DNA of 64,000 bases from a bacterium (lineage in GTDB: Bacteria > Fidelibacterota > Fidelibacteria > Fidelibacterales > Fidelibacteraceae), in contig OY781066.1 in NCBI GenBank assembly GCA_963676395.1, forward strand, positions 2,176,001 to 2,240,000. The letters are read 5' to 3'. Both the position numbers and the translations under genes were made by a program. Each line of letters begins with the position of its first letter. The first letter of the stretch is position 1. Below, in pieces: positions 60,257 through 64,000 of this stretch. The notes under the pieces are model-generated. The model made no database searches, was not told the origin of the DNA, and was given only the letters and a program-made list of their open reading frames with translations.

Positions 60257-61588
60257 TTAATCCATATTCAACGCTTCAACCTCTTCCACTGTCTTGATCT
60301 TGTGATGCTTCATGCGACGGTTCTTGAACTTACGGAAGATGTATTCGATGATCAGGGCAGCGGAGAAGGTAAGCAGACTGGCGATAAAGGCGCTTTTCTG
60401 CGTATTCCACTGGTAAAGCATCAATGCGACGAACACGGCGATTAGGATGATTAGATTGATGATGATCAGCCATTTTTTTCCACCCACTTCCTTTTGAAGT
60501 TTCAAATGCGAGATCAGAACGAAAATATAGATGACCGTATACACGGTACTGGTGATCGAGGCAATTGCTTCCAGATTGAAAAAGAGCGCGAAGATCAGGC
60601 CGAGTCCTGCGGTAATATACAATCCTTCAGTGGATTTGAACCAGACCTTGCGTTCAAAGATCTCCGGCAATTCACCGTCTTTGGCTAGTGAATAGGCGAT
60701 ATTCGCGCCGCCGAAAAGGGTCGCGTTAAGAGCCGATGATATGGAGAACAAAGCACCGATCGTGATCAGGATGAACCCGAAGTGCCCCAGAAAAGGCTTG
60801 GCCGCCATTGCCAGGGCATTTTCCTGGTCTTTCATGATCTCGGATATCGGGAGATTCCCGATCGTGACGACCGAAATGAGGATGTAGAAAACCATCACAA
60901 GAAAAATGCTGATATAGGTCGCACGGGGTACGTTCTTTTGAGGATCTTTCAAATTCTCCGAGACATTAGTGATCAGTCCGAATCCCATATAGGACAGGAA
61001 AAAAATGATCGAAGCGTTCAATAATCCATGTACGTTCGATGAATGAAAATCCGGCTTTGCCATCGTCATGTCAATGGTCAGGAAGCCGCCCAGAATAAAG
61101 ACCAGTAGAATGGTCAATTTAACCAGCACAATATAGAATTCCGCTTTCCCCACGGCTTTACTGCCGAAAAAGTTCAAGCCCGTAAAAATCAGGATCACGG
61201 CCACTTCGACCAATCCCAGGGATAAAGGTGTGGACTCGATATGAGCGAAGGGGAGGAAATAACCGGCAAATCCTTTGACGAAGAGAGAAATGGAGACCAC
61301 GTAGCTCAACCACATCAGAAAACTCAACGCACCGGTGACCAGTGAATCGCCCATGCCTTTCAGGATAAAGGCGACAGGTCCGGCGTTTGAAATGATCCGT
61401 TTGCCTAAGATGGCATAGGAATACGCGACAGCCAAAGCGTACAAACCGGATAAAATGAACGCAAAGGGGAGATCTTTTCCTGCAATGCCTGCACCAAGGC
61501 CGAAAATAGAGAAAATACTGGCACCGATCATGGTTCCGACAGCAATGGAGATGACCTCCGGCAGGCTTAATTTCTTGTTGTTTTCCAT
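60257..61588 (-). CDS. APC family amino acid permease
   Basis: VGTMIGASIF, SYMGFG..ENLKDP.KNVPRA, LAKDGELP. Start ATG 61588 after AGGAG. Confidence 0.9.
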   Translation of the reverse strand: MENNKKLSLPEVISIAVGTMIGASIFSIFGLGAGIAGKDLPFAFILSGLYALAVAYSYAILGKRIISNAGPVAFILKGMGDSLVTGALSFLMWLSYVVSISLFVKGFAGYFLPFAHIESTPLSLGLVEVAVILIFTGLNFFGSKAVGKAEFYIVLVKLTILLVFILGGFLTIDMTMAKPDFHSSNVHGLLNASIIFFLSYMGFGLITNVSENLKDPQKNVPRATYISIFLVMVFYILISVVTIGNLPISEIMKDQENALAMAAKPFLGHFGFILITIGALFSISSALNATLFGGANIAYSLAKDGELPEIFERKVWFKSTEGLYITAGLGLIFALFFNLEAIASITSTVYTVIYIFVLISHLKLQKEVGGKKWLIIINLIILIAVFVALMLYQWNTQKSAFIASLLTFSAALIIEYIFRKFKNRRMKHHKIKTVEEVEALNMD

Positions 61589-62214
61589 TGAATGGCTCCT
61601 GTTCTTTGGACAGTTAACGTGTGAAATCAAAATTGTTTCATTAATTTTACTTGATTATAATAAAACATGCAAGCTGTGATATAACATAAAATAGATCATA
61701 ATATAAATCCGCGATCGCGTGGCTTATTCCGTTACATTGTGCAAAAGTTCTCCAATCTATGATCGGCAAGCGACAAGCACAGGGTTGTTGTTTTTGAAAA
61801 TTTAAATGTAGCCGAGAGATTATTCAAGAATGATTTAATTACTAGAGACCACATAGCTAATTAAATGACACGATACCTATAGAATATAAAGAACTGTTTA
61901 ACCTTATACATACAACTGTCCGGAAAATGAGGGAATGTCAGGTCTAACATATTTATCTGTGTAAGTTATGGGTCTATTCAATATCATTATGTGAATTAAG
62001 CTCGGATTATGATGATTTTGTTACTGCAAATTAATCTATGGCTATGATTTACGTATAACAGGTCACGACTTTTGATGAATTTGATCTTCCGATATACTTT
62101 TTTTAAAAAGTTCTTTCAATAAAGGAATATCCTTTATAAAATATGATATAAAATAATAAAATGAATATCAGGCGATTAGCCGACTCTTGAATTTCACGCG
62201 CAGATGGGAAGTAG

Positions 62215-62670
62215 ATGCTACGTATCAGAAACCTATATCATTCGTTTGGAGACAGGAAAATAATCAACGGACTTGACCTTGATCTGGAACCTCAAAAGAT
62301 ATATTGTCTAATGGGAGCAAATGGATCTGGTAAAACGACATTATTCAATATTATTACCGGATTTCTTAAAGCAAAAAGTGGCGATATAACATATAAAGAT
62401 CAATCCATATTTAATAAATCTCCCGTTAAAATTAATCATTTAGGTATAAGTCGAACTTTTCAAGATCTCCGTATGATCCGGGAATTAACGGTAAGAGAAA
62501 ATGTTATGCTTGCCTTTAAGGGTAATAAAGGAGAGAATATATTTCAAGCTATGTTACCCCCTCCATTATTAAAACACCAGAATGATGAGTTTAATTCAAG
62601 AGCAGAAGAAATTATTGAACGTGTATTTCTTAGCGATGTTATTGATCAAAACCCTGATGTATTCCGATAA
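62215..62670 (+). pseudogene. Truncated LivG-like ABC ATPase
   Basis: GANGSGKTTLFNIITG, GISRTFQDLR, LTVRENV; ends before the signature and Walker B motifs. Confidence 0.8.
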
Positions 62671-63576
62671 TAAATACGGGGGAGAGACCTATAAGCTCGT
62701 ATTTGAGCCTCAGGATACGCTGTATCGCAGGCATACACATGGTATTTTTACTTATGACAAGAATGCCGAACTGCGCGAAGAGCAAGGTTATTTGAACGAA
62801 AAGACCATTGCGAAAACATCAATTCTTTGGTTTCGCAATTACTTTGATGAAAAGGGTGATACGCTAAAGGCGATCAAGAAGACCGATCCGGACTCCGATT
62901 TTGGCTCTCGTGTAGAATACCAGAAACATTATTACAAAGATGGCGAGGTTGTAGAGGTCGAAGAGATCTATACCGAGGCCCATAACAAAGAAGTGGGACT
63001 CGTCAAACATAGCGTTATTGCGAATCCCGAGAAAGACGGAACCATTGTCACTTATCAATACAATAACGAAAAGATCGAAAAAGATGCCATTCTTAGTCAT
63101 GAGATCCATTATAATCATTACATCGAACCCGTTAAAGAGGTCATGTATCCGACATCACGGGTCAAGAATTACCTAAATCTCCAAATATTGATCATCGACC
63201 ATCACCCGGACGGCGCTCAGAGCATCATTGCTCATTACAAAGAGAACGACGCCCCCCACTCCGGAAGTCAAACTCCACGAGATCAAAGATGCTCCCAATG
63301 GCGACCAGCTGGTCGAATCCACATCTATTTCGATGGCGAACTCTACTACCGCATCAACTTAAGCGGTTACATCGCCCAGTATGCCACCCCCGACTACCGC
63401 TTTAAAACCTACCTCACCGCCTTCAAACGCGACAGCAGCATCGACCACGTCGAAAGACAGACGACAAAAACAAACACGATTATACCCTCAAGGTCACGGA
63501 ATTTTACCAAGGCCAGCAGTACCGTGATCTGTACTACAGAGACGGTAAGGTAGAGAAGACGGAATATTATGAGTAG
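62650..63576 (+). pseudogene. 5'-truncated, frameshifted hypothetical gene
   Basis: Composition change near 62650; apparent frameshifts near 63252, 63317 and 63461; alternative-frame C-terminus KVTEFYQGQQYRDLYYRDGKVEKTEYYE* ends at TAG 63576. Confidence 0.55.
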
Positions 63577-63907
63577 GGGAGGGCATGTTTACCCCTAAAA
63601 ACTGTGATTCCATTTATTAAGAAATATTTGAATGAGCTTAACTTTATGAAGCCCTTAGAATGAATATTTCAATTATATATAATAAACTTTAAGCAATGAG
63701 TTTCTTGATTAAAATATAAGTAAATTGACGAAATAGTTAAAATATAATGATAGCTATTAATACTTGTTTTGAAATTAAAGATTATTTATATTTTATTATG
63801 AATTTAGCATAAATTATTGAGAATTAGTTTATTCGACTTATTGACTGAATTGTTATCTATGGTTCTTGCACAGCAAGAATTATAAGATTTATCATGAAGG
63901 AAGTTAG

Positions 63908-64000
63908 ATGGATGCATTAATTGATATTACAACTATTCATCGAATTGGTAAGATTATTTATTCTAAAGAAAATGAACGTGTTAGAGCAATTGATATTGTT
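63908..64000 (+). CDS. Possible start of a hypothetical gene running off the window
   Basis: AAGGAAG then ATG; open to the edge (MDALIDITTIHRIGKIIYSKENERVRAIDIV). Confidence 0.35.
   Translation, partial: MDALIDITTIHRIGKIIYSKENERVRAIDIV

Overview
Bacterial chromosome segment using genetic code 11. Two 'PNPFNP' C-terminal sorting domains suggest an FCB-type lineage such as Marinimicrobia, Ignavibacteria or Cloacimonetes (inference only). Most of the window is housekeeping: suhB, lat-pcd-folA-thyA, ybaB-recR-pgsA-pgpA-cinA-thpR, tRNA-Arg(CCT), rimP-nusA-infB-rbfA-truB-ribF-rpsO-pnp, MerR plus tRNA-Pro(GGG), serA/serB, an ABC-F ATPase, lon and rpe. Four accessory parts stand out. (1) An AT-rich islet at about 9-11.9 kb holds yefM-yoeB, an FG-GAP secreted protein and a truncated C25 peptidase. 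(2) A transposase-free four-helix-bundle (Avd/IVP-like) cassette at 43.8-44.5 kb is bounded by phased RGTRARY heptamer arrays. A decayed second copy hides in the serB/ABC-F intergenic region and is missed by the ORF track. (3) A dense zone of REP/MITE-like palindromes spans 46.9-50.9 kb. (4) An AT-rich island from about 52 kb begins at a lipA pseudogene fused to a tRNA-Ser-like 3' end and carries a co-oriented FRG - Opp-type ABC transporter - SIR2 - radical SAM cluster, bracketed by two broken LivG-like ATPase gene starts. Items (2) and (4) are the best candidates for undescribed systems. No database searches were run; all functional calls come from motifs recognised by eye.
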